A DNA stretch of 30,435 nt from a bacterium (GTDB lineage Bacteria; Krumholzibacteriota; Krumholzibacteriia; Krumholzibacteriales; Krumholzibacteriaceae). Under the pieces are notes generated by a model that saw nothing but the letters and a program-made list of their open reading frames with translations, was not told the origin of the DNA and did no database searches. Positions 1-11,252 of the stretch are shown in pieces; position 1 is the stretch's first letter, and the number at the start of each line of letters is the position of its first letter. A program made the translations under genes and the position numbers. The stretch covers positions 1-30,435 of the forward strand of contig JAGUZZ010000299.1 in NCBI GenBank assembly GCA_020060525.1. Reading direction: 5' to 3'.

Positions 1-2501
1 CCGAAAAACCCCGCAACGAGAACGCCCCCGTCGCCGTGGGTGAGAACCCGCCGGTCGAACACCACGCAGTCGGGGAGTCCGACGCCAGGACTGAGATACG
101 GCAGCCGGTTCGCGATCCGCATGCCGAGAACGCCCGTGCCCGAAACCGCCGCGACGCTCGCCGTGCGGCTGCCCGGGCGCGGGCGGACGAAGACGCAGCA
201 GAGATCGGTCCCCCGGATCGTCCGGCCGCCGAAGGCTATTTCGCCCTTGCGCGACTGCACGGGGCTTTCCCCGAGCAGCGCCTTCCACGCGGCGTTGGTT
301 GAGGCGTTCCCGTAGAGGACGACGCACCGGTCGGGATCGGCCGCCGGACGGAAATCCGCGTCCGAGACGACTTCGACCGAGCCGTTCCCCTGATACCAGA
401 GCTTTTCCGCGTCGAACCGCGCCTTCCCGTACGCCCACGCGTTCTCCTCGCGGCTCCCCTTCGTCCCGTACACGAACGCGACGCGGTTGCGGAGCGCCTC
501 CTTGAACGTCCCGTAGCGGTGAGAGCCCTTGTACTCCGCCCACGGCTCGCCCCCGACGCTCCACCGCCCCCTCGCGAGCCAGAGCCACAGCCGGTCCCCC
601 TCCCCGCGGCGGTCGGCGTGGCGCAGGGTCTGGCCGTCGAGCTCGATCACGACCGGCGCGTCGGGACGCGTCGCCGCCAGATCGAGGGCGAGCCGCGAGA
701 CGTTCCTCGTCGTGCCGGAGAAGCGGTTCAGTCCCGGATCGAATCGGACGTCGGCGCCGCTCATCGAGAGCTGCTCGATCTGCGCGTCGATCGTGAGCCA
801 GTTGTCCCGGGCCGAAACGCCGGGGTTCGCGGTCGCGAAGCGGACCTCGCGGACGCGCCCGGGACCGGGGCGCACGCGCCGCGCGAAGAAATCGAACATC
901 GGGGCCCAGTCGACGCAGTCGGCGCCGGGCTCGTCGGAGCGATCCCACCAGTGGCCGGCGCCCCTCTCCTCGTGATACGTGAAATCGCGGTGGAACGCTC
1001 CGAGCGAATCGACCATCGAGCGCGACTCCTCCGGCGGCACGTTGTCGTCGGCGCCGCCGTGAAGTATGTAGAGGCCGAGCCCGCGGAGGTTCTTCGCGTG
1101 GAGAAACGTCTCGCTCGGCGCCGTCGATCGCCTGATCATCCGGCGGACGGCCGAGGTGTCGGCGATGTTCGCGCCGCGGAAGCGGTACGTCCAGAAGGAT
1201 ATCCATCCCGCGCTCGGTCCGGCGGCCGCGAACCGGTCGGGAAACAGAGAGGCGAGGTGCCACGTGCCGTGGCCTCCCATCGAGTGGCCGGTGAGGTAGA
1301 CGCGATCCTCGTCGATCCGTAGGCGCTCCGTCGCGCGATCGAGCGCCTCGAGCGCGTCGAGACGCCCCCATTCCTCCCAGTTGAAGCCGTAGGGGCGGCG
1401 GTTCGTCGGCGCGACCACGTGCGCCCAGGACTTCGGCGCGTAGGACGCCGCCTGATTCACCGCTTCGACCGACGCGCCGTGGAGGGAAAGGACGAGCGCC
1501 TTCGGGCCGCTCTCCCCCGCGGCGGCGCCGGCCGGCGCCGGGACCGCCGGATTGATCGCGTAATACTGGACGCTCCCGTCGACGGCGCTCACGAAGGTCT
1601 CCCTGCGGACCTCGCCGGGCCCGACGACGCGCAGATCGAGAGAGATTTCATCCAGCTTCTCGAAGTCGGAGCCGCTCTTCCGGTACAGCGCGATCTCGAG
1701 CGCGGCGGCGCCCGCGGCCGCCTGCGCCGGGCTCTCGAGGGCGAACCGAATCTTCCGCACCGTGAGCTTTTCGACGAGCGGCGCGTGCGTCTCCGCCGGG
1801 GCGCCTCCCGCGATCCTCGCGCGAACGACGAGCCCGTGGAGCGGCTTCGACGTCGCGTTGACGACGACGATCGATCCGTCGGTCCGGATCTCCTCCCCCG
1901 CGACGAGATCCGGCAGAGTGGCGTCGCGTCCGTTCAGGAACACCGGCTTCGGCGGCGGGTAGAGCTCCGCCTTGAGGGCGCCGCGGGCGCAGCGGAAAAG
2001 AAACTCGTTCCTTCCCTTCTTGAGATCGACCGGAAGGAGCGAGTAATCGAAATCGGGCTGCCACGATTCGCGCTCGTCCGAGAGGCAGTAGGGGTTTCCC
2101 GCGCGCGGCGCGCCGTTCACGTACACCATCTCATGCCCTCTCGCCCGGAGGATCATCACCGCCCCGCGCTCGGCGTCGAGGGGCGCCCACAGGTAACAGC
2201 CGTCGAGAACGTCGCCCGTGAACCATCCCCGCGCGCCGGCGGCGACGGCGCGCCACTGGGACGCGGATCCGTCCGGCCAGACGGCGGACTGCCCCGCGAG
2301 CGGGGCCTTCCAGAGCCCGAGAGCGAGAGCCGCCTCGACGGGGTTGGGCGCAACGACGACCTCGGCGTAGCCTTTTGGCACGGGGAGCGCGAGACCGTCG
2401 CGAAGAACGGCGACGCCCGGCAACTGCGACGGGGACCGGGCCGCCCCCGAGACGAGGATCGGCGCGACGAGGAGGATCGCGGCGATTGAACGTGTGCGCA
2501 T
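1..2501 (-). CDS. Large secreted alpha/beta-fold serine hydrolase (prolyl oligopeptidase/esterase-like), 3' end beyond the window
   Basis: Translated by hand from ATG at 2501: MRTRSIAAILLVAPILVSG (signal-peptide-like). At least 833 codons open to the window edge, so it is absent from the ORF track. Nucleophile elbow YLTGHSMGGHG (Ser at 1281-1283), ILHGGADDNV (Asp) and GAGHWW (His). Confidence 0.85.
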   Translation of the reverse strand, partial: MRTRSIAAILLVAPILVSGAARSPSQLPGVAVLRDGLALPVPKGYAEVVVAPNPVEAALALGLWKAPLAGQSAVWPDGSASQWRAVAAGARGWFTGDVLDGCYLWAPLDAERGAVMILRARGHEMVYVNGAPRAGNPYCLSDERESWQPDFDYSLLPVDLKKGRNEFLFRCARGALKAELYPPPKPVFLNGRDATLPDLVAGEEIRTDGSIVVVNATSKPLHGLVVRARIAGGAPAETHAPLVEKLTVRKIRFALESPAQAAAGAAALEIALYRKSGSDFEKLDEISLDLRVVGPGEVRRETFVSAVDGSVQYYAINPAVPAPAGAAAGESGPKALVLSLHGASVEAVNQAASYAPKSWAHVVAPTNRRPYGFNWEEWGRLDALEALDRATERLRIDEDRVYLTGHSMGGHGTWHLASLFPDRFAAAGPSAGWISFWTYRFRGANIADTSAVRRMIRRSTAPSETFLHAKNLRGLGLYILHGGADDNVPPEESRSMVDSLGAFHRDFTYHEERGAGHWWDRSDEPGADCVDWAPMFDFFARRVRPGPGRVREVRFATANPGVSARDNWLTIDAQIEQLSMSGADVRFDPGLNRFSGTTRNVSRLALDLAATRPDAPVVIELDGQTLRHADRRGEGDRLWLWLARGRWSVGGEPWAEYKGSHRYGTFKEALRNRVAFVYGTKGSREENAWAYGKARFDAEKLWYQGNGSVEVVSDADFRPAADPDRCVVLYGNASTNAAWKALLGESPVQSRKGEIAFGGRTIRGTDLCCVFVRPRPGSRTASVAAVSGTGVLGMRIANRLPYLSPGVGLPDCVVFDRRVLTHGDGGVLVAGFF

Positions 2502-2565
2502 CGTTATCGCTCCGTCGAAAAATCCGTGAACGAGCCCGCGGCGCAATCGCGTCCGCGGCACGGCC

Positions 2566-2594
2566 ATCGTAGTGCACGACCGGCGGGCGGTCAA
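2566..2594 (-). promoter_or_regulatory. sigma70-type promoter for the serine hydrolase
   Basis: Minus strand TTGACC-N17-TACGAT, about 65 nt upstream of the ATG at 2501. Confidence 0.6.
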
Positions 2595-2687
2595 GCCGGC
2601 GAATCCTCATCTAGACCGGCGCCCCGTTTCCGTGGTTTACTCTACGGCGTCCGTCGCGCGAACGCGCGTCGCGGGGAAGGAAGCCGC

Positions 2688-4361
2688 ATGATCCTCACCG
2701 TGGTTCTCGTTTCCATGGCCGTTCTCGGAGCCGGCTACGTCTTCTACGGACGGTTTCTCGCGCGGCGGCTCGGGCTCGACGATTCCCGGCTGACGCCGGC
2801 CTGCGAAGCGAACGACGGCGTCGACTTCGTGCCCGCGAAAGCCTCGATGCTCCTCGGCCAGCACTTCTCGGCGATCGCCGCGGCCGGCCCCATCGTGGGG
2901 CCGATCCTCGCGGGCATCTGGTTCGGCTGGCTGCCGGCGCTCCTCTGGATACTCTTCGGCGCGATCTTCGTCGGAGGCGTGCACGATTTCGCGAGCATGT
3001 ACGCCTCGGTGCGGCACCGGGCCGCTTCCATCGGAGAGATCGTCAAGCGTTACATGTCGCGAACGAGCTGGGTCCTTTTCCTCGTCTTCGTCTGGTTCGC
3101 CCTCGTCTACGTCATCATCGCCTTCACGGACATCACGGCCCAGACCTTCCGGACGGTCAGCGAATCCGAAGCGTTCGGTCCCGGCGTGGCGGCGAGCTCC
3201 GTGCTCTACCTCGTCGCCGGCGTCCTCATGGGGGTGACGCTCAGACGGACGAGGATCGGGCTCGGCGCGGCGACGGCGATCTTCGTTCCGCTCGTGCTGC
3301 TCGTCATCTGGGCGGGCACGAAGCTCCCCCCCGCCGTCACGGCGGCGCTCCTCTCCGTGCCCGTCAAATCGTGGGAGATCGCTCTCCTCGTCTACTGCTT
3401 CGCCGCCTCGCTCGTTCCGATGTGGCTCCTCCTCCAGCCGCGCGGCTACCTCGGCGGCTGGTTCCTCTACCTCACGATGGCCGTCGCGCTGCTCGGCTCG
3501 ATCTTCGGCGGCTACGCCGTGCGGTACCCCGCGCTCAACCTCGACGGTCTTCTGAGCATAGACAACGCGAAACCCGTCATCCCCATCGTGTTCATCACGG
3601 TCGCCTGCGGCGCGTGCTCGGGGTTCCACGGCATCGTGAGCTCCGGCACGACCTCGAAGCAGATCTGCCGCGAATCGGACACCCGCGTCGTCGGATACGG
3701 GTCGATGATACTCGAGGGGCTCGTCGCGGTGCTCGCGCTCGCGACGGTGATGATGCTCCCCAAAGGCGACCCGGCCCTCGCGTCCGATCCGAACGTCATC
3801 TACGCGTCCGGGCTCTCGCGATACCTCTCGATGGTCGGCGTCGATCCGGGGCTCGCTCTCTCCTTCGCGCTCGTCGCGTTCTCGACGTTCGTCTACGACA
3901 CCCTCGACGTCTGCACGCGGCTCGCGCGCTACATCCTCCAGGAGCTCTTCGGCTGGCGCTCGCGCCGAGGCGCCGCTCTCGCCGCCTTCGTCACGCTGCT
4001 CCTCCCGCTCGCGTTCCTCATGTCGACGGAGGAAAAGGGCTATCTCGTCGCCTGGCCGATTTTCGGCACGAGCAACCAGCTTCTCGCGAGCCTCACCCTC
4101 CTCGCCGTGTCGGTCTACCTCGTGAAAACGGGACGGCGCGCGTGGTTCGCCGTCGCGCCGATGACGTTCATGATGTTCTTCACGCTCTGGGCGCTCGTGC
4201 TGCAGATCGCGCCGTTCCTGCGCGCGGTCGCGGCGGGAGCGGGCATGAAGCCGGACGTCGCCATCGCGGGCGCCTGCGGCATCGTTCTGCTCGTCCTCTG
4301 CGGCTGGCTCGTCGTCGAGGCCGTTCGCGCTCTCGCGCCGCGGCGCCGGGCGGAGCGATAG
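2688..4361 (+). CDS. cstA: Carbon starvation protein A family peptide/pyruvate transporter
   Basis: Polytopic membrane protein with TPA..NDGVDFVP, GQHFSAIAAAGPIVGP, GGVHDF, ITVACGACSGFHG and WPIFGTSNQLLA motifs. Start placed at MILTVV (2688) after GGAAGGAAG. Confidence 0.93.
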   Translation: MILTVVLVSMAVLGAGYVFYGRFLARRLGLDDSRLTPACEANDGVDFVPAKASMLLGQHFSAIAAAGPIVGPILAGIWFGWLPALLWILFGAIFVGGVHDFASMYASVRHRAASIGEIVKRYMSRTSWVLFLVFVWFALVYVIIAFTDITAQTFRTVSESEAFGPGVAASSVLYLVAGVLMGVTLRRTRIGLGAATAIFVPLVLLVIWAGTKLPPAVTAALLSVPVKSWEIALLVYCFAASLVPMWLLLQPRGYLGGWFLYLTMAVALLGSIFGGYAVRYPALNLDGLLSIDNAKPVIPIVFITVACGACSGFHGIVSSGTTSKQICRESDTRVVGYGSMILEGLVAVLALATVMMLPKGDPALASDPNVIYASGLSRYLSMVGVDPGLALSFALVAFSTFVYDTLDVCTRLARYILQELFGWRSRRGAALAAFVTLLLPLAFLMSTEEKGYLVAWPIFGTSNQLLASLTLLAVSVYLVKTGRRAWFAVAPMTFMMFFTLWALVLQIAPFLRAVAAGAGMKPDVAIAGACGIVLLVLCGWLVVEAVRALAPRRRAER

Positions 4362-4390
4362 CCCGCGAACATTTCTCACGGGAGGTGCGC

Positions 4391-4813
4391 ATGAAGATAG
4401 CACTGTTCGTTCTGCTCGCCGGAGCCGCGCTTCTCGCGGCGACGGGCTTCACCGCGGAGGCCGGAACGGTCCCCGCGGACGACGAAATGGAGACGTACTA
4501 CGTCGGCCTCATCTATCGCGGTCCCGCGTGGACACCGGACGAAACGCCGGAGATCGCCGCTCTTCAGGAGGCCCACCTCGCCAATATCCGGCGTCTCGCC
4601 GACTCGGGGAAGCTCGTCCTCGCCGGCCCGTTCATCGACGGCGGGGAGCTTCGCGGCATGTTCGTGTTTCGCGTCGAAACGCTCGACGAGGCGGCGGCGC
4701 TGTGCGATTCGGATCCGGCCGTCCGGGCGGGGCGCCTGCGAGTCGAGCTTCACCCGTGGTATTCGGCCAAAGGAATAGGGATTGCGCCGCGGGCGGGCGG
4801 TGAGGCACAATAG
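4391..4813 (+). CDS. YciI/YCII-related protein with N-terminal signal peptide
   Basis: RBS GGAGG before ATG 4391. AHLANIRRLADSGKLVLAGPF, GMFVF and DPAVRAG match the YCII pattern. Hydrophobic N-terminus MKIALFVLLAGAALLAA. Confidence 0.8.
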   Translation: MKIALFVLLAGAALLAATGFTAEAGTVPADDEMETYYVGLIYRGPAWTPDETPEIAALQEAHLANIRRLADSGKLVLAGPFIDGGELRGMFVFRVETLDEAAALCDSDPAVRAGRLRVELHPWYSAKGIGIAPRAGGEAQ

Positions 4814-4863
4814 CGCCGTCCACGGCGCGCGGACCGCGCGCCGGCCGCGCGAAGGAGGCTCTC

Positions 4864-6855
4864 ATGCGGAAGGTTTGGATCGGCGTCTGTATCGTGTTGT
4901 TCGTCGTCATTCCCCTCCTCATCTACACGGGCAGGTACCAGAAGCCGATCCGAGTCGCCTCGCCGGGATACGCGGCCGAGATATCCTTCCGGCTCGACGA
5001 GGAGGGTACGCCCCGCTACTCGGTGCTCTACGGCAAGACGCCCGTCGTCGTCGACTCCCCCCTCGGGCTCGAGTTCAAACAGGGAGGGCTCCTCGCGCAG
5101 AACCTCGAGCGCACCGGATTCGAGCGGCGCGGCGGCGACGGCGAGTACACGCTCCCCTTCGGCAAGCAGAGAAAGGCGCGGGACCGCTACAACGAGATCA
5201 CGGTCTCGCTCAAGGAAAAGGTCAAGCCGCATCGCCGGATCGACGTCATCCTGCGCGCCTACGACGACGGCGTCGCCTTCCGGTACGTCATTCCGAGACA
5301 GAAGCTCTTCAGACCGTTCGAGATCGTGGCCGAATGGAGCGCCTTCCGCTTCCCCGACAACCACGCCTGCTGGGCGCAGCGGCTCGACCGGTGGGTGTCG
5401 GCCTTCGACCGGCCGTACGACGCGATCTCGATCGACGACCTCCGCCCCGAATCGATCGTCGCCTTGCCGTTCGTGGTCCGGCGCGAGGACGGCATCACGC
5501 TCGCCGTCACCGAAGCGGACCTCGCGGGATACGCGGGCATGTCGCTCGGCGCCCTCGGCGGGAGCGCGCATACCCTCGTGTCGAAGCTCTCGCCGCTTCC
5601 CGACTCCGGCGGGATCTGCGTCAGGGCCGATTCGCCGCACCGGACTCCGTGGCGCGTGATCATGATCGGCAGAACCCTGGGCGACCTCGTCGAATCGACC
5701 ATCGTGACGAACCTCGCCCGCGAGAGCGAGATCGGGGACGCGGATTGGGTCGAACCCGGGCTCGCGCTCTTTCCCTGGTGGCCGGACTATAGGAGCGACG
5801 CCCCCGGCGTGCCGAACCGCATGACCTTCGAGAACCAGACGTACTACGTCGATTTCGCGGCTGCCGGCGGCGTTCCGTACGTCGAAATCGGACCGTCGTG
5901 GTACGGCCCCGAGCGGTCGGTCGCGGCGAATCCCGACTCGTTCGATCTCGCGAAACCCGATCCGAAGCTCCGCCTGCCCGAGCTCTTCGACTACGCGCGC
6001 GAGCGGGGCGTCGGCCTGCTGCTCTGGACGCACTGGAGAAACGTCGACCGCCAGATCGACTCGATCTTCGCCGTGTTCGAGCGCTGGGGCGCTTCGGGCG
6101 TCGTCATCGACCACATGAACCGCGACGACCAGGCGATGGTCGAGTGGCAGGAGACGGCGCTGCGCGCCGCGGCCGAACACCGGCTCGTCGTCTCGTTTCG
6201 CGGCGCCTCGAAGGGAACGGGGCTCCGGCGCACGTGGCCGAACCTTCTCACCCGCGACGCGGTCCGCGGGAACGAGCACAACAAGTGGTCCGACCGGGTG
6301 ACGTCCGAACACAACGTCACGATCCCCTTCACGCGGATGCTCGCCGGGCCGATGGACTACGCCCCCGGCGGATTCGACAACGCGCGGCCCGGGGAGTTCG
6401 CCGCCGACTACTCCGCGCCGAAGGTCATGACGACGCGCTGCCAGCAGCTCGCGATGTACGTCGTCTACGAGAGCCCGCTTCAGGCGGTCTGCGATTGGCC
6501 CGGGGCGTATCGCGGACGCCCCGAGTTCGAATTCATCCGTTCGGTGCCGGCGACGTGGGACGAGACGAAGGCGCTCGACGGCGCGATCGGCGATTACGTC
6601 GTCGTCGCGAGGCGGAGCGACAAGGACTGGTATCTGGGCGCCATGACCGACGGGACGCCGCGGCGGCTCGCCGTTCCGCTCGCCTTCCTCGGCCGCGACC
6701 GATACGACGCGACGGCGTACGCCGACTCTCCGGGAGCCGGCGCCGATCCGAAGGAGGTGCTCGTCTCGCAGCGCCGCGTGACGGGCGCCGACACCCTCGC
6801 GATCGACATGGCGGCGGACGGCGGATGCGCCGTCCGCTTCGAGCGCGCGAAGTGA
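4864..6855 (+). CDS. Glycoside hydrolase family 97 protein (retaining-type scaffold, divergent active site)
   Basis: RBS AAGGAGG. LRAYDDGVAFRY, TPWRVI, PFTRMLAGPMDY.PG and QLAMYVVYESPLQ are GH97 signatures. N-terminal hydrophobic anchor. Confidence 0.92.
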   Translation: MRKVWIGVCIVLFVVIPLLIYTGRYQKPIRVASPGYAAEISFRLDEEGTPRYSVLYGKTPVVVDSPLGLEFKQGGLLAQNLERTGFERRGGDGEYTLPFGKQRKARDRYNEITVSLKEKVKPHRRIDVILRAYDDGVAFRYVIPRQKLFRPFEIVAEWSAFRFPDNHACWAQRLDRWVSAFDRPYDAISIDDLRPESIVALPFVVRREDGITLAVTEADLAGYAGMSLGALGGSAHTLVSKLSPLPDSGGICVRADSPHRTPWRVIMIGRTLGDLVESTIVTNLARESEIGDADWVEPGLALFPWWPDYRSDAPGVPNRMTFENQTYYVDFAAAGGVPYVEIGPSWYGPERSVAANPDSFDLAKPDPKLRLPELFDYARERGVGLLLWTHWRNVDRQIDSIFAVFERWGASGVVIDHMNRDDQAMVEWQETALRAAAEHRLVVSFRGASKGTGLRRTWPNLLTRDAVRGNEHNKWSDRVTSEHNVTIPFTRMLAGPMDYAPGGFDNARPGEFAADYSAPKVMTTRCQQLAMYVVYESPLQAVCDWPGAYRGRPEFEFIRSVPATWDETKALDGAIGDYVVVARRSDKDWYLGAMTDGTPRRLAVPLAFLGRDRYDATAYADSPGAGADPKEVLVSQRRVTGADTLAIDMAADGGCAVRFERAK

Positions 6856-6889
6856 CGAGCCTCATCCGCTGAAAGGACGGGACACGAAC

Positions 6890-8029
6890 ATGCAGCGGTG
6901 CTCGATATGCATCATTCCCGACACGTTCCCCGGCGTCGCGTTCACGGACGGCGTGTGCGGCTTCTGCCGGACGCGCGGGCCGGCGCCGCAGGCGAAGCGG
7001 ACGGTTCTCGGCGAGGGCGCGCTTCGGGAGCTCCTCGCGTCCGGCGCCGGCGGCTCGTACGACTGCGCCGTTCCGATCAGCGGCGGCAAGGACTCGAGCT
7101 ACGTTCTCTACTACGTCGTCCGCACCCTCGGACTTCGGCCGCTCGCGCTCTTCATGGACAGCGGCTTCACGAACGATTTCGCCCGGCGGAACGTCGAGCG
7201 CGAATGCGCGGCGCTCGGCGTCGCGCTCGTGATCGGAGAGCCCACCGTCTACCGCCGCCTCCTCGTCCGCGAGGCGCTCGAGACGTCGAAGCGCCTCGGG
7301 CGTTTCGTGCGCCTGTGCGGCAACTGCGAGAACAACATCCGTTCGTTCGTCATCAACGAATGCCGGAAGCACGGCGTTCCCTTCATCATCTGGGGTTCGA
7401 CGGACTTCGAGGACAGCGCCGCGTACTTCCTGAGCGCGAAGGCGACGACGCACCGCCGGGCGTTCGGAAGGTTCGGCAACGTGTTCCGGCGGGCGGGAAA
7501 AGCGGCCCGGACGCTCGCCGGGCGGCGGCGCGGCGTCGTCGATACGATCGCGGGCGCGGCGCACGGTCTCCGCTGCCTCTACTACGGCGTGCGCGACAAC
7601 GTCGCCTCCGGCGCCCCGGAAGGCGCGCGGACGCTCAATCCGTTCCTCGAGGTTTCGTACGAAGGCAAGGGCGTGCGTTCGCTCAGCCTCTTCGACTACG
7701 TCGAGTACGACCCCTACCCGATGATCGAGACGCTCAAGCGGGAGGTCGGCTGGCAATCGCCCGCGGACAAAGAATCGCGCATGGATTGCCGCATCCATTG
7801 CTTCGGCAATTTTCAGCACCTGCGCGACACGGGGATAACGCGGGACGGGTTCACGATGGCCCACCTCGTGCGGAGCGGTCTTCTCTCCCGCGACGAGGCG
7901 CTCCGGCGCGAGGAGATCCTCGCGCGCGACGCGGAGGGAGAATGCCGGGAAGTCTTCGACGAGCTCGGCGTCGAGGAAGGCGGTGCGCTCGCCGCGAAGC
8001 CGCGCGAGGCGCGCGTTCCTCGAACGTAG
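6890..8029 (+). CDS. PP-loop ATP pyrophosphatase, N-acetyl-sugar amidotransferase (WbuX/PseA-like) family
   Basis: N-terminal CxxC...CxxC, YDCAVPISGGKDSSY (PP-loop), CGNC, MDCRIH and RSGLLSRDEAL. Confidence 0.75.
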   Translation: MQRCSICIIPDTFPGVAFTDGVCGFCRTRGPAPQAKRTVLGEGALRELLASGAGGSYDCAVPISGGKDSSYVLYYVVRTLGLRPLALFMDSGFTNDFARRNVERECAALGVALVIGEPTVYRRLLVREALETSKRLGRFVRLCGNCENNIRSFVINECRKHGVPFIIWGSTDFEDSAAYFLSAKATTHRRAFGRFGNVFRRAGKAARTLAGRRRGVVDTIAGAAHGLRCLYYGVRDNVASGAPEGARTLNPFLEVSYEGKGVRSLSLFDYVEYDPYPMIETLKREVGWQSPADKESRMDCRIHCFGNFQHLRDTGITRDGFTMAHLVRSGLLSRDEALRREEILARDAEGECREVFDELGVEEGGALAAKPREARVPRT

Positions 8030-8056
8030 CGCCGCGGCGCCGCCCGGTCGCAGGCG

Positions 8057-8932
8057 TCACCCGAGCGTCACCATGACGATGCCGGCGATCGCGAGCGCGG
8101 AGGCGATCACCTTCCGGACCGTGAAGGGCTCCTTGAGAAAGATCGAAGCGAAGATGAGGATGTAGATCGAGCTCGTCTGGTTCAAAATCGCGGCGCTGCC
8201 CGCGAGCGAGTATTTCATCCCCCCGATCCAGAATATGAGCGCGAGGTAGGAGCCGATCAGCGTGCCCGGCACCGAGAACCGCCATCCGCGCCCCGGCACG
8301 AAGAGCGAGAAGACCTCGCGGCGGCTTCGCATCGCGAGCGCGGTCGGCACCATCACGGCGAGCGCGCCGAGCTGGCGCATCGTCGTCGCCCAGAGTATCG
8401 GGGACCTGCCGAGCACGGGCTTGGCGAGCACGATGCCGAACGCGACGGTCGCCATGGCGCAGACGCCCCAGAAGACGCCGGCGAGGATCTGTCGCACCGT
8501 CGCCCCCGGCGGCGGCTCGTGCCGGGAGGCGATGATCACGCCGAGGATCACGAGCGCCATCCCCGCGTACTGCCAGGGCCCGAGGCGCTCGCCGAGCATG
8601 ATGAAGGCGAAGAAGACGACGCTCGGCGCGTACAGACAATCGACGATCGCCATGATGCCGGCGCCGATGCGGTTCAGGGCCATGAGGAAAAAGGTGTCGG
8701 ACACGGCGATCGCGACGACGCCGCTCGCGAAGAGCGTGAGATAGTCGAGAAGGGGCGCCCGGTACAGCAGATCCTGACCCGCCGCGATCACCGTGACGAC
8801 GAGGGCGACGCTCGACAATCCGACGCGGAACAGGTTCAGCGCGAAGGGCGGCATCGTTTCGCCCGAGCGCTTGAGAAAAATGACCGCGGCGGCCCACATG
8901 ACCGCCGTGAGCAGCGCGTAGAGTTCTCCCAT
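8057..8932 (-). CDS. EamA/DMT family transporter
   Basis: 291 aa, about 10 hydrophobic helices in two repeats, with AAILNQTSSIYILIFASIFLKE. Confidence 0.9.
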   Translation of the reverse strand: MGELYALLTAVMWAAAVIFLKRSGETMPPFALNLFRVGLSSVALVVTVIAAGQDLLYRAPLLDYLTLFASGVVAIAVSDTFFLMALNRIGAGIMAIVDCLYAPSVVFFAFIMLGERLGPWQYAGMALVILGVIIASRHEPPPGATVRQILAGVFWGVCAMATVAFGIVLAKPVLGRSPILWATTMRQLGALAVMVPTALAMRSRREVFSLFVPGRGWRFSVPGTLIGSYLALIFWIGGMKYSLAGSAAILNQTSSIYILIFASIFLKEPFTVRKVIASALAIAGIVMVTLG

Positions 8933-8962
8933 CGTTCGTCGTCCGCGGCGCCCGGCGCCCCG

Positions 8963-11128
<2,166 letters not shown>

Positions 11129-11178
11129 GAACAACCTCCTGCGAAGGCCGCGCGAAACCGTATCGCTCGAAAGAGGGG

Positions 11179-11207
11179 ATGCTACCACGGAACGGGCGGA
11201 CGGGCAA
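11179..11207 (-). promoter_or_regulatory. sigma70-type promoter for the S46 peptidase-EamA unit
   Basis: Minus strand TTGCCC-N17-TAGCAT with an extended -10 TG. Suggests the che operon ends at the DUF4388 gene. Confidence 0.55.
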
Positions 11208-11252
11208 CGGGGTTTTCCCGGGGCGTTCGCGCGGGACGGACGGAGCGAGCGA

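Noticed and set aside
2612-2641. Possible cstA promoter TAGACC-N18-TTTACT
   Set aside because: Match to consensus is too weak to support.
4823-4843. Perfect GC inverted repeat CGGCGCGCGG-A-CCGCGCGCCG between the YciI-like gene and GH97
   Set aside because: No U-tract on either side, so it is not called a terminator; at most an mRNA stability hairpin.
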